Virus record (IMG/VR): IMGVR_UViG_3300046000_004102
Coordinates: 1-59,966 of that record
Source: a virus
Taxonomy: Duplodnaviria > Caudoviricetes
Length of the DNA stretch: 59,966 nucleotides
Direction: 5' to 3' (one strand)
Part shown: positions 38,394 to 46,295 of the stretch, piece after piece
Layout of the letters: every line of letters begins with the position of its first letter
Position numbering within the stretch: the stretch's first letter is position 1
The notes under the pieces: generated by a model
Told to the model about the DNA's origin: nothing
The model's database searches: none
Seen by the model: only the letters and a program-made list of their open reading frames with translations
Program-made: the position numbers and the translations under genes

Positions 38394-38516
38394 CTGTGAG
38401 CCTGTGAGCCTGTGAGCCTGTGAGCCTGTGAGCCTGTGAGCCTGTGAGCCTGTGAGCCTGTGATCCGATAGCCTGTGAGCCTGTGATCCGATAGCCTGTG
38501 AGCCGTTAGCCTGTGA
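38394..38516. repeat. Octamer microsatellite (CTGTGAGC)n
   Basis: 8 perfect copies, then further copies interrupted by tccgata. Confidence 0.95.
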
Positions 38517-38635
38517 TTTTATTCCGTTTTGGTTTGGTTATTCTAGTCGGTTGGTGTTAACGTGTAGTCAATTGTCTCAGGTGATGGGCAAGTTTTAATC
38601 CTTCAGACTCTTAATCGATGTTTTAATACAAATTA

Positions 38636-38667
38636 ATTGACACATAGTAAACTATTACTGTTATAAT
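38636..38667 (+). promoter_or_regulatory. Sigma70-type promoter overlapped by a 17-bp operator
   Basis: TTGACA (38637-42) and extended -10 TGtTATAAT (38659-67); operator ATTGAC-acata-GTAAAC. Confidence 0.7.
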
Positions 38668-38731
38668 TGACATTCAGGCGGTTGCTTGTACGCTCTTTTT
38701 TCTTTTTCTAATTATTATCCAAGGTGATTAT

Positions 38732-39691
38732 ATGGAACACTTAACAACAACATCTTTAAAATCTTTACCAAAGGGTGAAATGTTTTCCCGTAAAGATACA
38801 AGCAAGAAATCCTATATAAAAGGGGATTATTGCCGTATTAGCAAAAAATGGTCATGTGTTAGTACCGAGGATCATTGCGACGAGCTAATGATCGCAGGTG
38901 ATAAGATGATCTTTACAGATTGGGAAAATCCTGCAAAGAAACCTACAAAGAAACCTACAAAGAAACATTCCACAGGTTATGTGTTATATCGAGGTGCAAG
39001 TCTACTTGATGGTCAACCCATCGTAGTGGTCGCAATCACTAAACGATCAAGCAATGTTAAGACGGGCGATGTCGTCCAGACTTACATACTCGCTGACAAT
39101 GGGTTAAGCCCATTAGAGAATCTTAAAAGTCTGGGTGATGTGTCTATTTGTGGATCATGTATTCATCGGCGAGGTTTAGACGGTGCGTGTTATGTGAACG
39201 TCGGCCAAGGGGTAACAATGGTTTACAAATCATTGCTTAATGGTAACTATCCAATCTATGATCCATCAACTAACGATCCCGTCGCTGGTAAAATGGTAAG
39301 ACTTGGCACATATGGCGATCCAGCGAGTGTTCCCCGTCATGTGTGGGATTTATTACTGACCAATGCAAAAGGTCACCTAGGATACACTCATCAATGGCAA
39401 TCAGGAAAGGCTGATCATGTAATGGATTTATGCATGGCAAGTGCCGATAATGAGCAAGATAGAACAAAAGCTAAATTGTTAAGATATCGTACGTTTCGTG
39501 TACGATCAGCCAGCGAGCCAGTTTTAAAAGGTGAGTTTGAATGTCCTGCTAGTGCAGAGCAAGGTAAGCGTTTAACTTGCGTAGAGTGTAAAGCTTGCTC
39601 GGGCGGTGTCGGTACAAACAAAAGCGATCCAGTTATCATTGTCCATGGATCACTTAAGAGCCGATTTATTCCCTTAACTTTGGTAGCATAA
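38732..39691 (+). CDS. Cys-rich Gp88/DUF7227-like protein with extra N-terminal domain
   Basis: SN.KTG, ICG.C.H, CYV, VRLG.YGDPA, GYTHQW, MASAD, CPA...TC..C.AC, I.VHG; KKPT linker. Confidence 0.6.
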   Translation: MEHLTTTSLKSLPKGEMFSRKDTSKKSYIKGDYCRISKKWSCVSTEDHCDELMIAGDKMIFTDWENPAKKPTKKPTKKHSTGYVLYRGASLLDGQPIVVVAITKRSSNVKTGDVVQTYILADNGLSPLENLKSLGDVSICGSCIHRRGLDGACYVNVGQGVTMVYKSLLNGNYPIYDPSTNDPVAGKMVRLGTYGDPASVPRHVWDLLLTNAKGHLGYTHQWQSGKADHVMDLCMASADNEQDRTKAKLLRYRTFRVRSASEPVLKGEFECPASAEQGKRLTCVECKACSGGVGTNKSDPVIIVHGSLKSRFIPLTLVA

Positions 39692-39693
39692 AA

Positions 39694-39852
39694 ATGGATA
39701 ATTTAGAATATTTGTTAACAGACTTAGAACGGTATATAGGTAAAATAGAATGGTTGGAAACCTCTACCCATAATTCAAAAAATAGATTGATAGCTATATT
39801 CATGAGAAAAATAGAATATATCCTGCTAGAATTAAACGATTTAAACAAATAA
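39694..39852 (+). CDS. Small hypothetical protein
   Basis: [20 protein letters not shown]...NDLNK; starts 3 nt after the previous stop. Confidence 0.5.
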   Translation: MDNLEYLLTDLERYIGKIEWLETSTHNSKNRLIAIFMRKIEYILLELNDLNK

Positions 39853-39861
39853 AACCGATCC

Positions 39862-39885
39862 AAGGGGACATATGTCCCCTTTTTT

Positions 39886-39886
<1 letters not shown>
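39862..39886 (+). terminator. Rho-independent terminator
   Basis: aaggggac-atat-gtcccctt followed by a T-run. Confidence 0.85.
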
Positions 39887-40049
<163 letters not shown>

Positions 40050-40091
40050 AATAAATCGATTAAAATAAATTCAAAGCGATTGAAAATAATT

Positions 40092-40122
40092 GTTGACATA
40101 GTGTAAACAAATGATCTAAAAT
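40092..40122 (+). promoter_or_regulatory. Sigma70-type promoter with overlapping operator
   Basis: TTGACA-18-TAAAAT; operator GTTGAC-atagt-GTAAAC. Confidence 0.7.
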
Positions 40123-40172
40123 AAACCATGTTTTGAGATTGGCTCAAAACGATTAAGTCACAAGGTGATGAT

Positions 40173-40340
40173 ATGAACTTACAAACTTTATACACAGAAC
40201 TGAAGCACCACTACTTAGACTACGGCTATAACGGCTGTGGTCTGGGTAATTCGTTAGATCAACTTATTGTTGATCTTATTGATAATGGCTACAGCAAGAG
40301 CTTAGTCAAAAAAATATGTCTTATGGCATATTATAAATAA
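40173..40340 (+). CDS. Small hypothetical early protein
   Basis: MNLQTLYTELKHHYLDYG...; RBS aaggtg. Confidence 0.55.
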   Translation: MNLQTLYTELKHHYLDYGYNGCGLGNSLDQLIVDLIDNGYSKSLVKKICLMAYYK

Positions 40341-40341
40341 G

Positions 40342-40548
40342 GTGATTGGGATGATTAAAGTATTAAAAGTAAAAGAAAACAAATTGTTCAAACTGCAAAA
40401 CGATCAGTTTGAACGCGTGTGCTTACACGTTGCTGGCGGTGGTCTTACGGCTGTTCAAACAGCCAAAGCGATGGAGTACAGCCATAAATTGCGTAAAGAT
40501 GGCAAGTTTACCGCCAACGGTTATGTTGTTGAATTAATAGGGGATTGA
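40342..40548 (+). CDS. Hypothetical early protein
   Basis: ORF track; tightly packed with neighbours. Confidence 0.55.
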   Translation: MIGMIKVLKVKENKLFKLQNDQFERVCLHVAGGGLTAVQTAKAMEYSHKLRKDGKFTANGYVVELIGD

Positions 40549-40549
40549 T

Positions 40550-40738
40550 ATGACTCATAACGAAGTAATAAAAGATATTAGACTTTTGTGTAAAAACAAA
40601 GGTCTAACATTTAAAAAAAGTAGTACCACTTTAAATGGCAAACCTTTATATCATTTTATCGACAGGCAATCAGGGATTGTGAGATTGTCCAATATGTCAT
40701 TAATGAGTGCTTATGATAATGCACTCAGACTTCAATAA
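40550..40738 (+). CDS. Hypothetical early protein
   Basis: ORF track; RBS agggga. Confidence 0.55.
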   Translation: MTHNEVIKDIRLLCKNKGLTFKKSSTTLNGKPLYHFIDRQSGIVRLSNMSLMSAYDNALRLQ

Positions 40739-40827
40739 CAGGGGAATAAAATGAAATTATATTTATTGGCAGGATTATTTGCCCTGTTATTCATCGGATC
40801 AATCCGATTGGTCTGTCAAGTTTTGGT

Positions 40828-41085
40828 GTGGTTATCATGAGTAATTTTAAGATACCGAGTGATGCCAGAGAAACCACTTGTGTTATAGCAGGTGTTGACA
40901 TGGCTGTCACGTTCACATACGAAACACCGAGCGGTATTGATATGGTCTATGGTTTTACAGGTGTATATGAAATATATGCCGTCAAATTGGGCGATGTCGA
41001 TATCCTGCCAGTGTTGAGTGATGATGCGATAGGCGATGTCGAAGACCAACTAGAAGACGGTCGCAATTGTGCGATCGATTATTAA
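40828..41085 (+). CDS. Hypothetical early protein
   Basis: ORF track; acidic. Confidence 0.5.
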   Translation: MVIMSNFKIPSDARETTCVIAGVDMAVTFTYETPSGIDMVYGFTGVYEIYAVKLGDVDILPVLSDDAIGDVEDQLEDGRNCAIDY

Positions 41086-41102
41086 CTTAGAGGTTAAAAC
41101 TT

Positions 41103-41252
41103 ATGAAAGCTTGGAATGTATATCTACATAGCAGGATTATAGACACTATTTATTGCGATCCAACCCTTACCCGTGATGAGGTTCGGAAAGGTCTGGTTAA
41201 TCACGATGGTTACAGTTACAGCATAGTAATAAGACTAAAAAGGGGGCAGTAA
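41103..41252 (+). CDS. Small conserved phage protein
   Basis: MKAWNVYL..IIDTIY....EVR..LVNHDGY; RBS gagg. Confidence 0.6.
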   Translation: MKAWNVYLHSRIIDTIYCDPTLTRDEVRKGLVNHDGYSYSIVIRLKRGQ

Positions 41253-41587
41253 TGACACCAAAAGACAAAAGAGATTACCTGAACCTATTGATCAAAGCGA
41301 TTGTCGCTCATGATGAGGATTTTTCAATCGACATGCATACAGGAGCTGTGTGTTGGGAGGTTGAAACAAACAGGACAATATATTGTACTCCTGCGTGGGA
41401 GTATGTATCAGATGATAACCTCGAACTGCCAGATGATGGTGTGATTTATATTACTTTTGATTGGGTAGAAGACGATCGGGACAGGACTGTAAGTATCGAC
41501 TTCTACACTAGCTACGACAATATAGCTCTAGACGTATCAGACTACATGTACATATTAAAACAGTTTAATGAGGAGTATTTGAAATGA
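41252..41587 (+). CDS. Hypothetical early protein
   Basis: ORF track; stop/start overlap. Confidence 0.6.
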   Translation: MTPKDKRDYLNLLIKAIVAHDEDFSIDMHTGAVCWEVETNRTIYCTPAWEYVSDDNLELPDDGVIYITFDWVEDDRDRTVSIDFYTSYDNIALDVSDYMYILKQFNEEYLK

Positions 41588-41832
41588 ACCATTTAGAAAA
41601 ATTGTTAGATAGAAAAGACTACCTGCTCGCACGATTAACCAGAGTTAAGGTCGTGTTAAATACTCATGGTACATGTATCACGGTCGGGAGTGGGTTGGAT
41701 ATAAACGTCAATGATCCAACATTCAGTCGAATAATGGATGTACTGTACCTTCACGAAGAGGAATGTAAAGAAGAGCTAAGGGACATCGATCGCAAGATCG
41801 ATGCGATTAACGAATTGCTTGGAGGTCTGTGA
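41584..41832 (+). CDS. Hypothetical early protein
   Basis: ORF track; RBS gaggag. Confidence 0.6.
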   Translation: MNHLEKLLDRKDYLLARLTRVKVVLNTHGTCITVGSGLDINVNDPTFSRIMDVLYLHEEECKEELRDIDRKIDAINELLGGL

Positions 41833-42023
41833 TGAAATATGAAGTGCAAACCAATTTTGGGAACGATAATTGGGAAAACGTGTGGCACGAGGGTTTTGAC
41901 GAGCTTGTGGTCTTTGACACAGCAGAAGAAGCCCAAGCAGAAATTGACGACATGATAGAAGAGATGGAGCTTGTTGGTATGGATTATGATCGTAATGATT
42001 ACAGAATTGTAGAAATTATTTAA
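41829..42023 (+). CDS. Hypothetical early protein
   Basis: YEVQT....WEN.W....FDT.EEAQAE....YRIV; RBS ggagg. Confidence 0.6.
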   Translation: MMKYEVQTNFGNDNWENVWHEGFDELVVFDTAEEAQAEIDDMIEEMELVGMDYDRNDYRIVEII

Positions 42024-42036
42024 GAGGATTAAGACA

Positions 42037-42198
42037 ATGAATACACAAGATATGGCACACGAAATAGCAAAAATGTGGACAGATAGAGCCTCAGAAAAGG
42101 ATTTAAGAAGTCTTTACTATGATGATTCATTACGCATCATCTTAGATATGACAGAAGAAGAGATGCTCGAAAACTATAACGATTTACTAGAGGATTAA
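42037..42198 (+). CDS. Small acidic protein
   Basis: MNTQDMAHEIAKMWTDRAS...; RBS gagga. Confidence 0.55.
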   Translation: MNTQDMAHEIAKMWTDRASEKDLRSLYYDDSLRIILDMTEEEMLENYNDLLED

Positions 42199-42202
42199 GA
42201 CA

Positions 42203-42355
42203 ATGAATGAAGACCAAAGAAGTGTCTTGATAAATACATACATATCTAAAACGATAGACGAGATGACAACACGAGAGATCATCGAAGCTTATGCTGATGA
42301 TTTATTCGACTGGCTTAGCACTTGGAGCGATGCCGAACTGGAGGGATTAGAATGA
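42203..42355 (+). CDS. Small acidic protein
   Basis: MNEDQRSVLINTYISKT...; same agaggattaagacaATGAAT start context as the previous gene. Confidence 0.55.
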   Translation: MNEDQRSVLINTYISKTIDEMTTREIIEAYADDLFDWLSTWSDAELEGLE

Positions 42356-42621
42356 AACATTACATTGCAGGTATAATCGATAGTTATCGGGACATGGAGT
42401 TTAGAACCTGTGTCCTAGTCAAAGCAACAGATAAGACAATCGATCTAAAAGTCGGTGAGATATGCTCAAAATGGTACAGCGAAGATGAGCCTGTGCTTGA
42501 GTGTGAAGATGCTGAAGGGTTATACGAACAAGCTAATGGTTGTGTAACCTATACCGATGGCATTAAAGAGATAAGCGAAACAACATATAACGAATTATTA
42601 ACTTTCTTAGGAACATACTAA
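42352..42621 (+). CDS. Hypothetical early protein
   Basis: MKHYIAG...; ATGA overlap. Confidence 0.55.
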   Translation: MKHYIAGIIDSYRDMEFRTCVLVKATDKTIDLKVGEICSKWYSEDEPVLECEDAEGLYEQANGCVTYTDGIKEISETTYNELLTFLGTY

Positions 42622-42860
42622 TGGACACAAAAAACGTATTGGCATGTATAGCAATTTCAATGATCTTTGGCTTCGGCTTAGGGTATGGCACAGGTAAACA
42701 GGATAGTGATAAGTTTACGATCCACAAGACCAGATCAGGGATGTTTATCGTAGACGATAGCCCGAACGGTACAAAGGGCAAGATGGAGTCAAAGATTTAT
42801 GAAGTCTTAGAACTACCGACTAATCGTAAGAACTTTCAAGAAGGGGATATATCACAATGA
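42621..42860 (+). CDS. Small membrane-anchored protein
   Basis: N-terminal hydrophobic helix. Confidence 0.55.
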   Translation: MDTKNVLACIAISMIFGFGLGYGTGKQDSDKFTIHKTRSGMFIVDDSPNGTKGKMESKIYEVLELPTNRKNFQEGDISQ

Positions 42861-43060
42861 ACGATAGATATATTATTATGAATACTAATACAGGCAATGT
42901 TGTGGAATCTTGGAGAACAGGGGAACAGGCAATGCGAGCGTGTGACTCATTAAACCAACACAATGTTGAATGGAACAAATCATTTCCGAGGTGTGTTGTT
43001 ATTGACAAAATAACAGGGGAAAACTTCTATACAAATTTAGAACACAAGGTGGGTGTATGA
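42857..43060 (+). CDS. Hypothetical protein
   Basis: ORF track; ATGA overlap. Confidence 0.55.
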   Translation: MNDRYIIMNTNTGNVVESWRTGEQAMRACDSLNQHNVEWNKSFPRCVVIDKITGENFYTNLEHKVGV

Positions 43061-43278
43061 GAAAAGAAAAAGACTACCGATCAATAACGATAGACGAAGC
43101 CATGGCATGGGTAGATAAGAATTGTTTCCACGAAGACGTACGAAAGCGATTGAAGTCTAGAGCTGTAGCATGGAGGATTGGCACGCATCTACTCATAGCG
43201 ATTAACTATGTGGGTGACTTAGAGAAACGAATAGCCGAACTTGAGGCTGAACTAATGAAGAAGGGTAAAAAGAAATGA
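43057..43278 (+). CDS. Hypothetical protein
   Basis: ORF track; ATGA overlap. Confidence 0.55.
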   Translation: MRKEKDYRSITIDEAMAWVDKNCFHEDVRKRLKSRAVAWRIGTHLLIAINYVGDLEKRIAELEAELMKKGKKK

Positions 43279-43511
43279 CTGCAATAATTAATACACAACA
43301 CTTCACGAAAATACCTTTGGTTAATAACACTCGATGGTGCTATCTAGATCAATACGGTCGTAAGGATCATGTGACACTTAAGACCGAGTCAGGTAAGTTG
43401 ATAACCAGAACTGCACAGTATTACCAGATCGTTAATGATGAGGTTAAAATCTATATCACTTACAAAGGTGATGGGATTCTAGTGACTGAGGATTATGTCC
43501 TAGACGATTGA
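43275..43511 (+). CDS. Hypothetical protein
   Basis: ORF track; ATGA overlap. Confidence 0.55.
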   Translation: MTAIINTQHFTKIPLVNNTRWCYLDQYGRKDHVTLKTESGKLITRTAQYYQIVNDEVKIYITYKGDGILVTEDYVLDD

Positions 43512-43598
43512 GATAAGTTATGGCTTCACCTAGTTTTTAATTGTTAAATTATAATAGTATGGTATGATATTACTTTATAACATTAGATTGGAATAGAT

Positions 43599-44282
43599 AT
43601 GAATGATTTAGTAAGTAAAGAAATGACTACAACATCCAGAATTATTGCCGAATACTTTGGCAAAGCTCATAGGAACGTGTTGCAAACAATAGAAAATTTA
43701 GATTGCGGTGAAGAATTTAATCTGCTGAATTTTCAGCCGATTGATTTTCAAGATTCTAAAGGTCGAACATACAAAGAGTATGTGATTACTAGGGATGGTT
43801 TTACAATTTTAGCAATGGGTTTCACAGGTAAAAAAGCCATGTTGTGGAAGTTACGATTCTTGACAGCATTTAATGCGATGGAGGCAGAACTGACACGAGA
43901 ACGCTCAAACTTAGATTGGAAGGCTGCGAGGCTTCAAGGGAAAGCTGTAAGAAAGAATACAACAGACACGATCCAAGATTTCATACAGTATGCAACCGAT
44001 CAAGGTAGCGTGAATGCCAAAATGTATTACGCCAATTTAACAAAGATGGAGTATAAAGCTTTAGATTTATTGGAACAAAGTAAACAGACCTCTGGAAACT
44101 TTAGAGACACATTAGATTTGATGCAGATAAGTTTTTTACAAGTTGCTGAAAGTATAGCTTCAACCGCCATACAAAAAGGTATGACAGACAATTTGCATTA
44201 TAAAGAGATTTATATTTTTGCTAAAGAAAAGGTCACACAATACGCTCATTCTGTTAGCTGGGCAAGGTTGACTACTGATTAA
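43599..44282 (+). CDS. rha: Rha family phage regulatory protein
   Basis: TTS..IAE.FGK.H.NVL..IE.L, Y.ITRDGF..LAMGFTG.KA..WK..F..AFN.ME. Confidence 0.9.
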   Translation: MNDLVSKEMTTTSRIIAEYFGKAHRNVLQTIENLDCGEEFNLLNFQPIDFQDSKGRTYKEYVITRDGFTILAMGFTGKKAMLWKLRFLTAFNAMEAELTRERSNLDWKAARLQGKAVRKNTTDTIQDFIQYATDQGSVNAKMYYANLTKMEYKALDLLEQSKQTSGNFRDTLDLMQISFLQVAESIASTAIQKGMTDNLHYKEIYIFAKEKVTQYAHSVSWARLTTD

Positions 44283-44311
44283 ACAAACACTACCTGAAGG
44301 GTGTGCCTTTA

Positions 44312-44349
44312 AGGGTAACTTAAGACAACTTAGGTTACCCTCTTTTTTT
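44312..44349 (+). terminator. Rho-independent terminator
   Basis: agggtaacttaag-acaa-cttaggttaccct followed by a T-run. Confidence 0.75.
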
Positions 44350-44358
44350 ATCTTAACT

Positions 44359-44784
44359 ATGGGAAGATTATTCATGAATCTACCAACACTCGCTTTATCC
44401 GCAACACTTATCCTCATTCCCACTCATTCTGCCTACGCTGAGCGTCACCACGCTTCAAATAAAGAAATCCAATGCCTTAGTAGCATAATCTACGCTGAAG
44501 CTCGTGGTGAGCCTGAGATTGGCAAATTAGCAGTAGCCCATGCTTCAATCAATAGAGCAAAGCGATCAGAACGATCAACATGTAAGATCAAAGGTGTTAC
44601 CCGTAAATCCGTACCGCTAAAGCTTCAACCTTACTTCAAAACCCTCGCTGCGAAATCCCTCTCATCTAAGCACAAACTGATTGGCGTAGCCGATTCCTGG
44701 AATACAGGTAAAAAACCTCACTCACGAGGCAAAAAGGTAAAAGTAATAGGACAGCATGTCTTTTATGTAATGTCTTCCCTATAA
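44359..44784 (+). CDS. SleB/Hydrolase_2 cell-wall hydrolase with signal peptide
   Basis: CL...IY.EARGEP..GKLAVA...INR, IG.HVFY; N-terminal hydrophobic stretch ending AYA. Confidence 0.8.
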   Translation: MGRLFMNLPTLALSATLILIPTHSAYAERHHASNKEIQCLSSIIYAEARGEPEIGKLAVAHASINRAKRSERSTCKIKGVTRKSVPLKLQPYFKTLAAKSLSSKHKLIGVADSWNTGKKPHSRGKKVKVIGQHVFYVMSSL

Positions 44785-45230
44785 CCTATTGAGTGTAAGT
44801 AAGCCTCAACTTGTGCCATCGTTCTAAACGGTTTAAATGGGGAGTTACCTAGATTCCTAGGCAAAGCTGTTGGGTTATCAAACATCCGCATACAATCACC
44901 AAGATAACTAATCATTGCTTTTTCAGCACTAATCTTTTCCATATACGCTTTAGCTCGTCTTCCATGCTTAAGCCCGTTCTGTTTCCCCATCATGTAGCGA
45001 GATTTAGTATTATGCTTGTAACAGTATTTGCCTAACTTATCGTTCTGAGCATATCCTTTACATTGAGTGCCATCCCTTTTAATTCTAACGCAACGATTTA
45101 CCCACAAGTTTTGCGCCCCTTGTACATTTGCGTAACGGAATAACCCTGTATCAGGATCAAAATTATCAGAAGGCTCATAATCAAACACTTCTCGTGGTCT
45201 TCTTTTCATAGGAACAACCTCATTCACCAA
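44763..45230 (-). CDS. HGGxSTG-like Cys/His protein
   Basis: RC...RDG.QC...A......C..H....G.QNGLKHG. Confidence 0.5.
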   Translation of the reverse strand: MVNEVVPMKRRPREVFDYEPSDNFDPDTGLFRYANVQGAQNLWVNRCVRIKRDGTQCKGYAQNDKLGKYCYKHNTKSRYMMGKQNGLKHGRRAKAYMEKISAEKAMISYLGDCMRMFDNPTALPRNLGNSPFKPFRTMAQVEAYLHSIGYREDIT

Positions 45231-45239
45231 CAGGCCAAA

Positions 45240-45720
45240 TAGTTTAAAATAATACGTTTATAAAACAACAACTTACAAATTTATAAAAACACCCTTAATT
45301 TTTGTCCTACGCTACAGCCCGCACCACTACTGGGTTTAGGTGTTTTACAGGACGAAAGGACATAGGACAAAAAGGAAATTACTTTTTTATATAGGGGGTA
45401 ATTCAAAAATACCCTATTTATTTACCTTTTGTCAATTCCTCTATTTACCTATACAACAATCTTTTCATTTATCTTTTTATTTGTCCTTTTATCCTTAAAG
45501 AGAAAGAAATAAAGAAAAACAATAACTTAGGGACAGGACAAAAAATAGGACATATAGCTTTTCAGGACATATAATTAGTCCTTTTTAAGGTTTTCCGCCC
45601 TTCAAACGTGCTGATACCCATGTTATTTAAATTAATAGTTTTTAACTTATTATTAATTAAACTTATTGTTCTAATATCTTTACAGTTTATTTTTTTATTC
45701 ATGTGAAAAATAACTATCCT
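45240..45720. other. Candidate replication origin (AGGACA/TGTCCT iteron-like repeats, AT-rich tract)
   Basis: Non-coding; many AGGAC repeats in both orientations; two AACAA-N4-TTA IHF-like sites; downstream of the primase-helicase. Confidence 0.5.
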
Positions 45721-45778
45721 TAATAATTTGAATATGATATATTTTTATTTTTTTCAATATTTTAAAAGGAAATACCCA

Positions 45779-46042
45779 ATGCCAGAGTTCTTAAAAAGTG
45801 TAGGAATCAGTTCATCAGTATATAGAGTTATACAACTTAAAGCTAAAAAGGATGACAGGTCATTAAGAAGTTGGTTGGACAAGTTCTTATTAGAGTCTTT
45901 TCCAGATGAAATAGCCGAACTAGAGCTTGAAGATGATCGCATACATACGGCAATGCTTATCAAACGTAACGGTGGTAAACCTATAGAAGAAGTATTTGTA
46001 AAAAAGACCGATGACACCAACGACGAAGACCTCTTTGCTTAA
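45779..46042 (+). CDS. Ribbon-helix-helix-like DNA-binding protein, copy 1
   Basis: KSVGIS..VY..IQ.KAKKDDRSLRSWLD; RBS aagga; ends DEDLFA. Confidence 0.6.
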   Translation: MPEFLKSVGISSSVYRVIQLKAKKDDRSLRSWLDKFLLESFPDEIAELELEDDRIHTAMLIKRNGGKPIEEVFVKKTDDTNDEDLFA

Positions 46043-46073
46043 TTAAACCATATATTTTAAAAGGAATGTCCCT

Positions 46074-46247
46074 ATGAGTAACCCGTTAAAACCCATATAC
46101 GTCAGTTTAAACACCTATGAATTGATAAAAGAACTAGCTAAAAAAGAAGATCGTTCCATTCGAAGTTGGATGGACATAGCCATTGGAGACATCTATGAGC
46201 AGAAATCGTATGAAGAACCAGATAGAGACGATGACCTTTTTGCTTAA
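46074..46247 (+). CDS. Ribbon-helix-helix-like DNA-binding protein, copy 2
   Basis: MSNPLKPIYVSLNTYELIKELAKKEDRSIRSWMDIAIGDIYEQKSYEEPDRDDDLFA. Confidence 0.6.
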   Translation: MSNPLKPIYVSLNTYELIKELAKKEDRSIRSWMDIAIGDIYEQKSYEEPDRDDDLFA

Positions 46248-46255
46248 TTAAACCC

Positions 46256-46288
46256 AAAAACCTAGACCAAACTCAATTGGTCTAGGTT
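46256..46288. terminator. Hairpin terminator between convergent genes
   Basis: aacctagaccaa-actcaa-ttggtctaggtt (12-bp stem) with an A-run on the left. Confidence 0.75.
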
Positions 46289-46295
46289 ATCACCA

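Noticed and set aside
38275-38516. CRISPR array
   Set aside because: The repeats are directly tandem (5-nt gap or none), with no unique 25-45 bp spacers. The DUF2800 Cas4-like gene is a normal phage replication nuclease, and no other cas genes are present.
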